A DNA stretch of 64,000 bases from contig NMRA01000465.1 in assembly GCA_002633005.1 (NCBI GenBank), forward strand, positions 95,310 to 159,309, read 5' to 3'. Every line of letters starts with the position of its first letter. The first letter of the stretch is position 1. Positions 25,001 to 39,200 of the stretch are shown one piece after another. The notes beneath the pieces are model-generated. The model did not search any database. It was not told where the DNA came from and was given only the letters and a program-made list of their open reading frames with translations. This stretch comes from Phoronis australis. Lineage: Eukaryota > Animalia > Phoronida. The translations under genes were made by a program, and so were the position numbers.

Positions 25001-25619
25001 TATAATGAAATACATTATTTCGAATATTATAATGTTGTTTGTAATTTGACATTCACACTTTATGTTGGCCATCAGACCACAAGGTATCACTGTCTGAGCA
25101 ACAATGGAGTCCGACTTTCAGTCTCTACTTGGAGGGGATTAAACTAGTCTTACTTGTCAGTCAACACCATCTACAAGTACCTCTTCATCGCCCAGAATAT
25201 ATGCTTGAACTTTCACTAGTTTTCTCACTTGGTTTTCTTGCGTGGTCTTGTGCTACTACGGTTTACCGTAAAAGTTTATATTGTCTGGAATTAGAAAGCC
25301 TGCGGAATTTGATTCCTTGATTTTAACACCAAACTAACATTAAGTCACACTACCAAGTCGCGAAAAACTAAGCAAGAAAGAAAGGTACATTCAAAGCAAA
25401 ACAATGGTATCAATAATGTAACCAAATTTTGTTAAATATAAATGTTCCAAGATGAAATCTCAAAAACAGTTTCTTAAATTATTTCATTTTTATTTTATGC
25501 AACTTCGATTATTTTAAAAATCAGCCCCTCGTGCAATAGTGGAACATCTAAAAACAAAATATTCATAAGTGTTTCGAAAAACAGTGCATAAAGACTTGTA
25601 TCTGAAAGTATCACACAAA

Positions 25620-25742
25620 TCCAAGGCAGAATATTAGACAAGTCTGGATTTTGCCCATCAGACATTCGCACCGCCGAACTGCCAAATGGAATCCAGGGGA
25701 GGGGGCATGGCTCCCTTGGCCCTCCTTGTAAATCCGCCACTG
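25620..25742 (+). mobile_element. Non-autonomous DNA transposon (CAGTGGCGGAT TIR family), 5'-truncated copy
   Basis: GGCAGAATATTAG..CAGACATTCGCAC..GAACTGCCAAATGGAATC..TAAATCCGCCACTG. Confidence 0.7.
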
Positions 25743-27017
25743 CAATGTGGATGATTATGTCAGTGATGAACATGATGAATTCTAAAGACGAAAGTCAGAG
25801 ATATTTTCGACAAGAAAACATTGGAATTGGTCAGAAGAACATGAAAATACAAACTAATACTCTTTATTCTGGGTTAGCAATGTACATGTACAAAAATTAC
25901 ACATCTTACAAAGTAAATCAAAATAGCAGACACCAGTTCCAAAATATATCGTTTCTGCATCAAAATAATCTGTATAAATAATCTAGTCTACTGTACAAAT
26001 AATGGAATGGTCGACTAATGGTAGAGTAGTTAATGGTCGACTAATTAATAGGTGTTTCAGCCCGACAGTAATTCTCCCTTTTTTAGCACACTCATCTCAC
26101 ATCGTACACTCCAAATTATTTGGAAAAAAATATTTTGTCCCTAAATTATTTTGCACGAGGCTAACTGGTGGGAAATTTTTGACTCGCCTAATTCCCACAG
26201 TCAGTTATGCATTTCAAAATATATCAACGCAAAGCCTAGTCATTGATTCTACAATACACACCTCTGCAACTGTGTTCTGAACATTGTATTCACAACTTAA
26301 TTCACCTATTAGAATTTGGGCACCTCATGCTGTTGTGCATTTGAGATGACAGGAGTGCCTGGGTGAATGTAGTGTCACTCAGTCACACGTTCAAAAATTG
26401 TTTCACCAAAAATGGGGTGAAGTACTAATATATTGGAACAGGATACAGTAATTAATTACTGTTAACTGAATAATTTTGGCAACCAGAAGGTCGCATTTTG
26501 TTAAATTTACACACGGGCAGCTGGCAATGGCTGGCTACATTTGCACACCTGTCGCCTATGGAGTCTGTACATTCAGTTAATTTGGCACACCCCGACTATC
26601 AGGAAATTATTTCATGCAAAATAAGTGAAGAGTTACCATAGTAACAATCATGAGTGAATGTAGAATAACTGCGCCCTAGAATACAGCACAATATGACCAA
26701 ATAATAACTTGGAATGTTCCTTACAAAATAATCAAAAACTTTCAAATTACACAAAACGGGAATAGTCGTGAACAATAGAGATGTTGACTTCAAATCACAT
26801 TTCAATACAAAAGCGCTTTAAAAGTACAAATAACGTCTAAATGATTGTATAGCTAGTCATATATTGGACGGAACAATTATACGTTAAGTAAATCTAGAAT
26901 CTTGATTCTGTAGCAAAATTAGAAAAGGTGTATAAAAATGATAAAATTGAAAATTACCAACAAGACATTAGATACTTTAAATACCCATTACATCGTACAA
27001 CAAAAATTACACGAAGC

Positions 27018-27195
27018 AAGGTTGACAAAGTAAAATTTTGCCACTAATGTTGAAAGTCATATTTTGTCACTACTGTTAACAAACTTAGTCACATTTTGCC
27101 AGTAATATTGACAAAGTAATCTTTTGTCACTAATGTTGACAAATTAAGTCACGTTTTGTCACTGTTGTTAACAGTTACAATTTGTCACTAGTGTT
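27018..27195. repeat. ~31 bp minisatellite in the 3' UTR of the giant gene
   Basis: About 6 degenerate units of TTTTGTCACTAATGTTGACAAA(G/T)TAAGTCACA. Confidence 0.7.
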
Positions 27196-27231
27196 TGTAT
27201 GGACCGAGTAAGTATAAGTGAGACAAATAAG

Positions 27232-30200
27232 TCAAGAGGCCTTTTCCCAATCTTTTTGCTTCTTGCTGATTTCTGCCTCCAATTGTGTGACTCTCTTCAG
27301 TAATGTTGATTTCTTCTCCACAACTGCCAAGAGCTGCTGTTGTAATTGGTCCGCCTGCTTCCCGGCATCTTGTGACTTGTTAATACCTTCCCTCAGACTG
27401 GACTCTGACTTCAGAACCTAAATGAATATCGAGTGGAACCACTTAATTTGGAGTTTTTGACAGTCCTATGATGGTCAAATTAATTGTACCAATACTTAAT
27501 TGTAATTGCAATATCTTCCCTTGCGGTGATGACGTAACATCATCTCTGAAATGTATTGCTTTATTTAATGTGGGTCAAGAGATCCCAAACAGTGGTCAGC
27601 AGTGACCACCATGAATGTACCATACACCCAAGCTTGTTCTTCCAAAAACGCTGCAGCACCTAAAGATGGCTGGAAATGTAAGATGAGTGGAGCTGATTTA
27701 CTGATGCTTTCTCCCACGTGGAGGGGTGGTGGGGGAGACTTGATCCAGCTGAAGAAGTACAGCAAATGATGCAACACATCAACCCAAATGACATGCAGTT
27801 TGTACCTGAACTTCACCTATTTTCTGGTCAAGGGTTTTCTAAAAATTTCACTCTCTTGACCTCATCCCTAAAAGTTCTCTGGCTACTACATACTGTTACC
27901 AAAAACAGATCTCAACATTGTGTTTCTTGCTCAACAAGTGAGCCTTCTTACAACCCTCATAACAGTGAATGGTAGTCCCTCCCAGATGTGTGAATACCCA
28001 GTTAACCAGGTCTCACCTCAGCCAGCTCTATGTTGAAACTGTCCCAGCGAGACTGCAGCTCCATCAGTTGGCCATGAAGAAGCTCCTTATGGTTGGACAG
28101 GGGGGTCACCTTGGGACGAGGCTTACTCACTCTGGAATAGACAATTGACAGTCCAAATAACTGATAAGAAAACTTTCTCATGGCTGCAATTTCAAATGTC
28201 ATGATGTTGAAGAAGTGAAGAGTAGGATGTCTAACAATAATCCTTCAATTATTGTCCTATGGCTGGATGTGAGTAGATCTGCTTAACACATGCATACCAA
28301 GTCACAGGAGAATGTTTAAGGTTAAACTGTGTAACAGCCCCACCTACGACAAGTTACACCAACTTACAAGATAGCTCAACATCAACCTACAGAGGACAGA
28401 GTGACTAGGGCTTTCAAAGTACAAGTAACAAAAATCTGTTTTACAGTACACTGTGCCCAGTGTTCCCAAAGCTCACATCAACTACTAACAAGTGACCTCT
28501 AGTGGCTTACCGGGCGTCTTTAACCAATCCAGTGCTTCCTTTCAACTCCTTCAATCTATTAGCCACAAAGTCTGCAGAGGCGTTGACTCCTCCCTGTGAG
28601 GTCAACACCTGACGCAGGTGAGCATTGCTGGAGAAACGCTCGTAACCATGAATGCGCTGAGACAATGACTGCAAAAAGGATGATGTATCACAGATCAAAT
28701 AGATATCAAAACTACAGCAAGTTCCAAAGCACACACAATTATTATGGCTCATCATGTCAAGCTAATTCCAGTGATAGGAGCACCCTTCACTACTATCAAA
28801 GAACAAAAGCCCTAGAATGGGTTGGGGAGAACACTTCAGCGACTTGACTCAAGAAAACTTGTAGGACAACTAAAGCCAAACAAACTGGATAAAGATCAAA
28901 TGTTGTAACAGGACTCAAAAATGGCGGCCAGGCTTCTGCAGCAACTGTGACTGGAAGGTGACTGGCTGGATTAATTAAGAGTCCGCACACAATTATTCAT
29001 CCCTCAAATAGGAAGAATTATTTAGTATACCGTTAATGTCTAGTTCTCTGGTAATTCAGAAAAAGTATCACCACATAGAGTGTAAATGTTGACCAAAAGC
29101 TTACTATGACCATTCAATAGTCTGCACTGTGGGTGACATTTCATGTTAAAAAGTCTCAACACTGAGACGTAACTTACATCCTTGGAGAAATCTTGCTGTA
29201 CAGGGTCATTGACCTTAGCTCTGACTAATTCACTGAATACATCAGACTTCTCATCCTCAGTCTGTGCGTGGTTGAAAGCCCTGTCAATCACTGAACGGCC
29301 ACCAGAGGGCAGGCCAACCAACCTCTGTGAGACAGTGGAGGACTTGGATCGTGAGAAGAACATGTCCTGGCAAATGACCTTAAGTCCCTGAGAAGACAAT
29401 ACATTAGAGATTACAGTAACCATCAACAAAATCTTTGGAGAGCAATTAAGTCATTGTCCAAAAATGACCAGTTCATATCCTCAAATGTACACATTTAGAG
29501 CAGTAAAATCTTCGAACAATCCCCAAGATGCAGCACCAGGGAAGCCACTACAGGAGGTTTTAACAATAACAACTTGAATACTCAGTTTGCTGGTTATAGA
29601 CAGTTTGGAATTTATAACCACAATGGTCATTGTGATACGTTCATATAAACAAACAAACAAACAAAATGCAAGAAGAAAGACAACATTTGCAGTGCGATGT
29701 TACATTTAACAGCAAACTTATTATCACGTAAGAAAACTTGGGATGCAGAATGTGGCTATAAATCAACTCATCAGGGCGGCGTCATACCAAATGACATGAA
29801 CAGAGAGCAAAGCTACTGTGCAATTGAAAAGGTTAACTGTTTGACCTGTATATGTTGCAAACATTCTTTTAGACAAAAGCACAGTATCTGGGAAATACTT
29901 ACATGGTAAAACTGGCGAAGGAAGAGGGAGTTGGAATCATCCGTCATGTCATTCACTTTAATATGTGCCAAGCTGTGTAGTATGACCAGCACAAACTCTC
30001 CAATAGATTCCAGTCTCTCCCGCCGGATGAACAAGATTTTACGAGCATTCTCATAGAAAACAGAGTGTCTATAAGCATTGTGTTCATAGTTGTTCTTTGG
30101 CAGACTGGAGGCCAGCAGTAGCGTCACCTGTGGGGTGAGGCTGGAGTTGTGCAGCAGCTGGATGATGAAGACGCCGTAACGGTAGATGACAAACTCACGT

Positions 30201-33200
30201 GGACTGATAAGGTTAATGTCCACTGGGACAAGGTCTCCTTCCAACATCCATTGGGCATCCTTCACATCAATGTAGGGGGTGGAATAATCCCCACCTATGT
30301 TCACATAAACACCTGGTTAGTACTCGCAAGTGACAAACACACTTAGTGTCAGGGTGCAATAAGCTGATCAGACGCAAAATGGGAGAATTTATTAAGTTAA
30401 CTGCAAAAAATGTGAATTGGACATTTCCATGATTATGATGACCAAATTATTTTCGAAAACCAGTTAAATAAATCATTTGAAGCAAGGTTATATGACTAGT
30501 AAAAGTAAGTCTATTCATACCTAGTACTTTACTAGTTGCGCCAGAAGTTCCTGCTTGTTTATCCAACATGTCCGCCAAGTCATTGATCTGTTGGAACAGT
30601 GGTGACGCCATCAACATGTTGATCCAGTCTTGTTCAGCATTACCAGTAGGGGTGAATGGCAAGGTACCAGGATTGACACCACCTGCCATCTGCAGGAGAA
30701 AGAGCACAGACTGGTTACACAGAGATTGCACTGACCTATAGGATTCACACTGCAATTTGAGTCACCTACTCTAACAATTAAAGTGAGACAAAAATGTCGG
30801 TTCTTCAAACCTGAGAACAAAGTAAATGGTAGGTTATTTCTTGAAAGTTTATGGTTAGCTGTTGCGGTTGCCCATATGCACGTATTTGTTGGTATGAGTC
30901 AAGTTTTACTGCTGGCAATAATTTAAACAGCGATGATGGCACATAATATAGATTTTGAACAACGGCTACATACTTCAGACAGTCCTGCACTAGTCCTCAT
31001 AGATGGCGCTGTGGTGCCACTTCCTGTTGTTGCTGCAGCAGAAAGTGGCTCCTTCTGTTGGGCCTCAAGTGCACGTCGCTCCAACTCTCTCTTCTCATCA
31101 GCATCAACCTCTTTCTGATTCTGAACCTCAAGCTGTGCAGTCAACAGGTCGCGCTTTTTGTTACGTCGCGCCGCCAGTTTCGCTTGAAGTGCGTCCTTGC
31201 TGCGCTCACGCTCAGACTTCATGGACTCGTCAAACTTCTTCATACTTTCTTCATGTTCTCGCAACAACCTGTCACGTTCCTGTACAAAAAATAATTAATA
31301 AACATCATGTGACAGAGAATCAGTTTGAAACCTAGAATTAACTAAGCTCCATTCCACACATACGGGGATTTCCGAAAGAGCCCCCAGTGATTTTGTATCT
31401 ACAAATTGCCACATGAACGCCCCCCCCCAACTGGAACCCCCCGAAAAAGGTGGTTGGAGTATTTCGGAAACTTGACATATAGCCAACCAACAGTGGATTT
31501 CACTATGTTAGGAGTTTGGCTTCAATAACAGCAGTCTAGTGACATTGCCTCTAATAAACTTGAACTATTTTAACAGTCCTTTTCAGGACACATTGAGAAA
31601 ATAATGATATTTTGGCCCATTTTCCACATAGTACATTTGTCCCATGCCAGGCAAGCAAAACGATCCAGCCAAAAGGCATTTTATTGCTTTTTTCCCAAAG
31701 GAGCCTCCACGGGGACTTTATGTTGGTGAAGACTCTTTTGGAAATCCATGGTAATTAAAACTCATCTCTGAACTAATAACAAAACATAATTACTTCATAA
31801 ACTAACTAATTGTGACTAATGTGTTTCCGTGGCAAAGTGCAAATCAGTAAATTCCACAGGAGATGGAAATACTAGAAACCTATGCAAAAGCACACCTACA
31901 TCTTGTATGAAGGCACCTGACAAAAAACACAAACTAAAGCTAGTCAGCTATTAGTCAATGAATACTTTGATAAGGCCACCTAAAGCACCAGATGATGGAC
32001 AATGTCTGACAAACTCATAAAGAACATGCCGTACCTCCTGCGACACGTCCATTTGCTCTATTTCCTTTTTCCTGCGCTCCTCACGCTCCTGTTTCTGCTG
32101 CTCCTGGACGCGGAGACGCTCCGCCTCTCTCGCCTTCTCCCTCTCTTCATCTCGTCTCCTCTCCTCCTCCAACTGTCNGCAAAAGCACACCTACATCTTG
32201 TATGAAGGCACCTGACAAAAAACACAAACTAAAGCTAGTCAGCTATTAGTCAATGAATACTTTGATAAGGCCACCTAAAGCACTAGATGATGGACAATGT
32301 CTGACAAACTCATTAAGAACATGCCGTACCTCCTGCGACACGTCCATTTGCTCTATTTCCTTTTTCCTGCGCTCCTCACGCTCCTGTTTCTGCTGCTCCT
32401 GGACGCGGAGACGCTCTGCCTCTCTCGCCTTCTCCCTCTCTTCATCTCGTCTCCTCTCCTCCTCCAACTGTCTCTCCAACTTACTGTAATGAAATACATC
32501 AACTGTATCTCTAGCATGCATACTCTGACAACTACGTAACAGAATGTCACTTAATAACCAGTAATAAACTACTGACAACTTCCCCCTCACCCATCCCAGT
32601 ATCTATCAACCCAGTGCACCCAATCTGCCAATCTTGCCTTCTTCTCTCATTCTCCTGTTGCCTCATCTCACCCCATCAACCCATCATCCACTTCTCCTCC
32701 CCACTCACTCCAGTGCCCCCATCTCCCACTTACCTGTATTTCTCAGCCAACCTTGCCTTGTTCTCTTCCTCCTGTTGCCTCTTCTCAGCCTTGGCCCTTT
32801 CAAGGTCGTCTTGCATCTTCTTCAACACATCCTGCCTATACTTGGCCGCCTCTTCAGCAGCTCTCTTCGCCTCCTCCTCGTACTGCTTCACCAGTGCCTC
32901 CTCTGCAGACATATCACGCATGGCTTCTGCCAACTCATGGAGCTGCCTCTCTTTCATCTCCAGTCGCGCGTGAATCTGACGAGCTTCCAGTTCAGACAGG
33001 ATGTCCTTCTCAGCTTGATCAATGATTTGTGGTGTCAGGAAGTCAAACTCGGCCAATTGTTTCTGTAACCATAACGTTTTAAGTAATTCAGTTAAAGTAG
33101 AGCATTATGAAACAGATCACTTGTATGACCAGATGAAGTTCACATCAGCTGGATGTACTACCATCTATGTAGAGCTATGTAGAGCTATATGTAGAGCTAT

Positions 33201-36200
33201 ATGTAGAGCTATGTAGAGCTATGTAGAGCTATATGTAGAGCTATGTAGAGCTATATGTAGAGCTATGTAGAGCTATGTAGAGCAGGTAAATGAGTTAGTC
33301 TAAATCAACTTAGTTTGCTAAATCACCTGTTACTTGTTTGTACGCATATTAAGATTTTCAGCCTCACAAGTGGGCTTTACCAAATAAGCTCGGAAACAAC
33401 ATCTGCATACCGCTGTAGTCATAGATGGAGGTATAAGCAACCACGTCAATCTTGTGGTTTGTTGCTAAGTATAGATTCAGACTTACATAAGGATTAGAAG
33501 CCATCACAATAGCATAAACCATTCATTTGCTTACTTCACACAGACCCCTTTTATTAATCCACATTTCACACAGAACCTCTCCTCACTAAATAACCCTTCA
33601 CACAGAGCCCTTGCTTACTACATGACACCTGACATAGAGCCCCTACCCACTATAGGACCCCTCACACAGAGCAACTCTTCACTACATGAACCCTCTCATA
33701 CAGAGCTCCTACTCACTATATAACTCCTAAAACAGAGCCCCTGTTCACTACATGACCCCTCACACAGAGCCTCTGCTTACTACATGACCTTTCACACAGA
33801 GCCCAATGAGTAGTACATAACCCCTCACACACAGCCCTCCCTACTACATGAACCCTCACACAGGGCCCCTGCTTACTACATGAACACTCAAACAGAGCCC
33901 CTCCTAACTACATAACCCCTGATTCCTGAACCCCATTTTAAGTACCTCTTGGTTCCTCTTCAGTTCATCCTTTTCCCTGGCCAGTTCACTGCTAGAGAGT
34001 GAACCAGAGTTAGAGATCAGATCCATCAGTTGCTGCTCAAAGGCAGCACACAACTTATCCCTGGCTTGCTGCCGTCGACCCGCACTCTGAGCACGTGCCT
34101 GAGCGCGTGCGGCTTCAGCCTCTCTCTCAAGCTGCTCCTGTAGGTGGATGGCCTCCTTGATGTGGCGCTGCCGTAGGATGTTGTAGATCATGTTCTCCGC
34201 CTGCTCATCTCCAACAGCCTAGAGGTGATAATACACTTGCTTAATAGAACTCGTACCACCAGTGTTATTGTGAGAATAATACTACTGCAGTGCATCATGT
34301 TCACTCAAGTCTCCATGGATTGAATGATAATCCACCACTTCTGAGATTTAGGGGCAAATATACTGCAGTCATGTGCTATAAGCCCCCTGACATCAAAACA
34401 CATATTTGCTGTTATGTCGGTCAATCTAAGCCTCTACATTGTTGCACTCAGTTTTCCACAGTTGCTGTTTAGCCAATATTTTACAGTATGAATTATACCA
34501 CAGTTCCTAATGAAAAACAGACCTCCCACGCTCGCGTACAAATACATGTAAAAAGTTTATCATACAAAGTTAAACATACCTTGAGACCCTTTGTTAGAGC
34601 CTCCTTTTCAATCTCCTGCGATATCTTGCTGTTCAGAGCGTCTCGTTCCTTAACCTGGTCATTCAATTTCTGCGTCATTTCTATCTTATGCTTCTCGTCC
34701 ATTTGTTCGGCCATCTTCTTCCGTCTGCTTGCAATCTATTCAAAACAGCGTCAGTTAATACAAGAACCTGAGACTTTGCACACAAATTCAGCATTTCATT
34801 GCTCCAGCTATCACGTCTGCATCTTTTTCAAGAGGTTCCATCAAAGTTTTCCACATAAAGGGTAACTATTTCATCTTATGTGTCTAAACAATTAATATCA
34901 CTTGACGTTAACATAGTTCTGGGCCCAGTTGCATAAAAGTTATACGCCGTATAGCAACAATGACGTCGCATTATCACGCGTCACGTTGTTATTGTTGAAC
35001 AATGCACATGACGTCATGCAACAATCAAACTTATCCAGCGGATATCTTTTGAAGCTTTATGCAACTCAGCCCAGATGTCCAACTCACTAAACTGGTGCAC
35101 TGATACCCATATCAAACTGAAAATGCAAAGAAAAGTGCTCCCCACAAACAGTTCAATGTTTAATTACCAAAAAGCTACAGTTACAAAACAAATCCTCACC
35201 TTGTCGGCAAGAGCCTGTTTCTGTCGATCTTTCTCATTGGTTAAGTTCTTTTGCAATGTGTCTATTTCTTGCTGATGGGCTGCCATCAGTCGCTCGTAGT
35301 CCTCTTGTGATAGGTTCTTACCCTGCAGCTGAACTTCACGCTCAAACTTGGCTTGGTGATTCTCACTGGCCTGCAAGTTACAATAGGCAGTGACTAAAAC
35401 TGCACTCTGCTGGTGGTTGGATAAAACTGCATCTGGTGCTACCCACCTTTGCATGTCTTTCTGAATGTAGTATTTTAAAGGAAAACATGGCAATGCTTTA
35501 TCAATTTTTGGACATGAAAAGGTAGACAAATGGATGTTTTTTATTTTTTTTCCATAAAAGGTAAGAACGAAACACTAAATTGTTGCTTTTCCATGTTTAT
35601 GTTCTGTAGCATATCGGCCACCTGGCAATATTAAAAAAATTGTGGGAATCTACAAAAATGCTGGAAGCCCTTCAAAATGAAAATGGGACAATTTTGACAA
35701 TTATTTTTGTTTGAATTAACCAGACTTTACTGTAATCCTGTATTAACAAGACACTGTTCTCACCCTACCGTATCAGTGCGGTGGTAAGGATGGAACACTC
35801 AGTCAGCTGGCATGTTCAGCTAAGTCTCGAAGGGCAGACTACAGTGTCATGTGTTTTTGGTTGAACTTTGTGGTGAATAATCAGAAGACAGTTTGATGTT
35901 AATTTCTAAAAAATGTGAAGATTCAGATTGTAGTGGACACTAGACTGAAGCCTGGGACATTTTACAAATGGGGACCACTTAATAGCACTGTATAGTCACT
36001 ATTTGGTATGATGACTATCAATCAAAAATTGATCTTGGTATCTCAAATTTGAGCATAGGGTTCAAAAACCCTGACAAGAACAGTGCCTCCACTGAGCATT
36101 TGGCGGAACTAATTATTATGTACAACACTACAATGTTGTGCAGTTCTACAGTTGATATTACAGGCTAAACAGCTTAGTTTTACTTAGTGCTAAGAATGAA

Positions 36201-39200
36201 TTGTGAGGAAAAATCCCTATGATAGACACAAGGCAATTGTTTATACTACTCGGAATGAAACTCCAGAATAAACAATAGCCTATGCTAAATACAATTAGAC
36301 AAAACCCACTACTAACTCAGAATGGATTTAAATAAACTTTAAGCTACACCCAAGACATAATAACCAAAACTGTAGGAACACACACAAATACCACAAATCA
36401 GCGTTAACGCATGAAATAATAGTCATAACTGCATTTCATTCAGCTTAATAGCTATCTGAAAAAACAAAATCACTGCTACTGCCATATACCTATACAAAAT
36501 GGGTCTCAGTACATGCACTGTGACAGCAAATTATATCGAATTGCCTTGGATTGGACCAGTCAGGGCATTTACACGCCAACAAAACGCTTTAGAAAACCCA
36601 GCACTGATCAGCTTTCAAAAGCTTTAGCCAACTCCATTAAATCAAAAGTTATCCGTCAATTTCAATAGAACGTTGGAACTGATGATACCATGGTTAGACA
36701 ATTTTTAGGAGCAAACTGAATTTTAATTTCACATTGAAGCAGTCTGTGCAAGGAAGTGGATGTTCAACAAATTCAACACTATCGCCACAAGCTCTGTTTA
36801 CCTGTTCAGTCCTCTGCAAATGCATGGGAGTATTGCAAGACACATAGCTTAAAGGACAATGTTCAACGTGAGCCATACAATCACATGGGTGTATTTCAGG
36901 ACACATAGTTTAAGGTGCAGTGTACAACGTGCTAGCCCCATGCTGCCTCACTTGACACAATTAAGCTAAAAAAGATGCAGGTGGACTTTATAGATGCACG
37001 ACTTCATACAAAATTTTGAAAAGTCAGTGCACATAAGAAGAGTACGGTACAAAAAGTAGTCCCCCTTTTCTCAAGACTAAGTTGTGTTTTGTTCTATGCA
37101 AGACTAATCATGATTTATTTACCGTTTTCATGGACTAAAAGAAATAGAAAAAACCCAAAAACTTTTGATCCTCTGTCAGTATTTGAATGAGCAGGGCGAA
37201 AAATTTAACAATGTTGAGCTATGCTTGCAATAAAGCTTGCAAAATGTGCATTACATCCAGAATACGCCGATTCAATTAAATGTTGTTATTAATGACATAC
37301 AGTAACAAAATCAGTTTCATGTGCCGGATAACATTGTGTCTTACCAGTCTAATCTGGTTGTCAATCTGTTCGTCGACATGTCTGAATGCATTTGACTTCT
37401 CCCTGTTCAGTGCCAAGTTGGCCTCACGCAGCTCCTTCCTCTGCTTCTCCTCCAGTTCAGCCTGCGCTCTTATCTGCTCCTCATGTAACGTCTGCTCTTC
37501 ACTGGAAGTCTGCTCACTGTTCAACTGATCACTGATCTGATTGATTACTTCAGCTGTGTCCTCGTCACCTTTAGCAGCCTAGCAACACACGTACAATGAA
37601 CAGTGAACAGAAATAAGAGAATGTTGGGAACATATTGCTTCTGAAGCACGGACAAGCATGAAAGAATGTGCCAAGCATCATGGCACTTGAATCAGAGTGA
37701 ACAAAGAACACGTTTGAGAGAATGCTACTCCTGTTTTCAGTGTCTAAATAGATCATACGAAGCTAACGACGCAAATGATAACGATGTTCAGGATAAACGA
37801 TTCGATTTAAAAGGTTAAATCATCATCTGATATGAGTCATGCTCTACATCATTTGAGTCGTTAGCTTCCTATTATACATCTGGCCAAAAACTAATGTCAC
37901 TAAATAGATCAATGATTTCAGCAGAATTCACAACTAACAGAATAAATTGAGCAGTACAGAGAAAAACTGAATGAATACATTTATCTAAAATAATCAAAAA
38001 GTCAACTAAACAGTTGTTAAAATTATATAATTTCAAATCACTTTGCTACCAAATTTCTACATGAAAGCGTTTCTGAAGATCTTATGATCTAAACCACAAT
38101 GCAAAATTAAAAACAAAATTACTAAACTCTGAACTTCATTGCTCACATGATCTCTACATTGAAACATTTCACAAGATCTTGTATTCTCAACAGCACAGCA
38201 CTAATACATATTTAGTGCACTTCATTCCCCACAACTTACCAGCGCCTTTGTGATTCTGTTCAACTCGCTGTTGACAGCACTCTCCTTGGCCAGTTCTTCG
38301 CGCATACGTTTACGGGCGGCCATCTTGGCACGTAGCTTGTCCTTCTGAGCGTCACGCTCTTCGTCCTGTCTTTCCACCAGGTTTCTCATGTCCCTCTCAT
38401 GCTGAGACAAGATGGCCTCCTTTTCATTTGATGCCGCATCCTTCATCTGTCTCATCAACTCTTCTCGCTCAAGCGCTTCCAGTCTTTCCTGTTAAACGAT
38501 AACAGTCAATGTACTACAATTGGTTTACCGATAATAGCCACATACATCTCTGTGGAGTTTTCCTGTTTGCTCAAGTTACATTTTATTAATTATTAAATTT
38601 TCTACAGGAGTGCATAATTAGGACAAACCATGACATATCTTTCACGCAAATAATTGTTTTTTTCTCTGGATAGCACTTATCAATCTATATCAAGCACCTA
38701 TAGTATGTCCCTACATTAAGTAATATATGAACAATTTCTGAATCAGCTACCTTTTCCACTTCTATCCTATTAATGATATCAAAAAGTTGCCATATCGTTT
38801 ACCTTTTCAATCTGCTTCATAACCTCCAACATGGCGTTCTCTTCTGATGAGCGATCAGCGTTAGACTGCAGTTCTTCATCTTCCACCCGCTTGTTGTGAT
38901 CTTCTTCACTTTCGCCTTCCAGCTGAGCCACACTCTTTCTACGGCGCTCACGGCGAGCACGGAACTTGTCCTTCATATTCATCTGTCGACGTTTGGCCTC
39001 TGAAGCATTGGAACGTAACTTCTCTATCACTTCATCCTGCACTGCTCCACCCAGATGCAGTGCCTTCATCCTTGCTTCAAGGTCAGGGTCAAACCCATCC
39101 TCCTTCGTCTCATTTTCGGCTAACTTCAGCTCTGCCAGCAGGCGTGCTTGCGCCTCAGCCAGTGCCTTCAACTCACTGTCAAGAGCATTGTGGGATGGAA

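Noticed and set aside
31884-32472. Apparent tandem duplication of a coiled-coil exon (ORFs 31951-32190 and 32246-32590)
   Set aside because: Near-identical copies abut at a single n (32178), and the lower copy lacks its acceptor. This is typical of a scaffolder negative-gap or haplotype overlap, not a real exon duplication.
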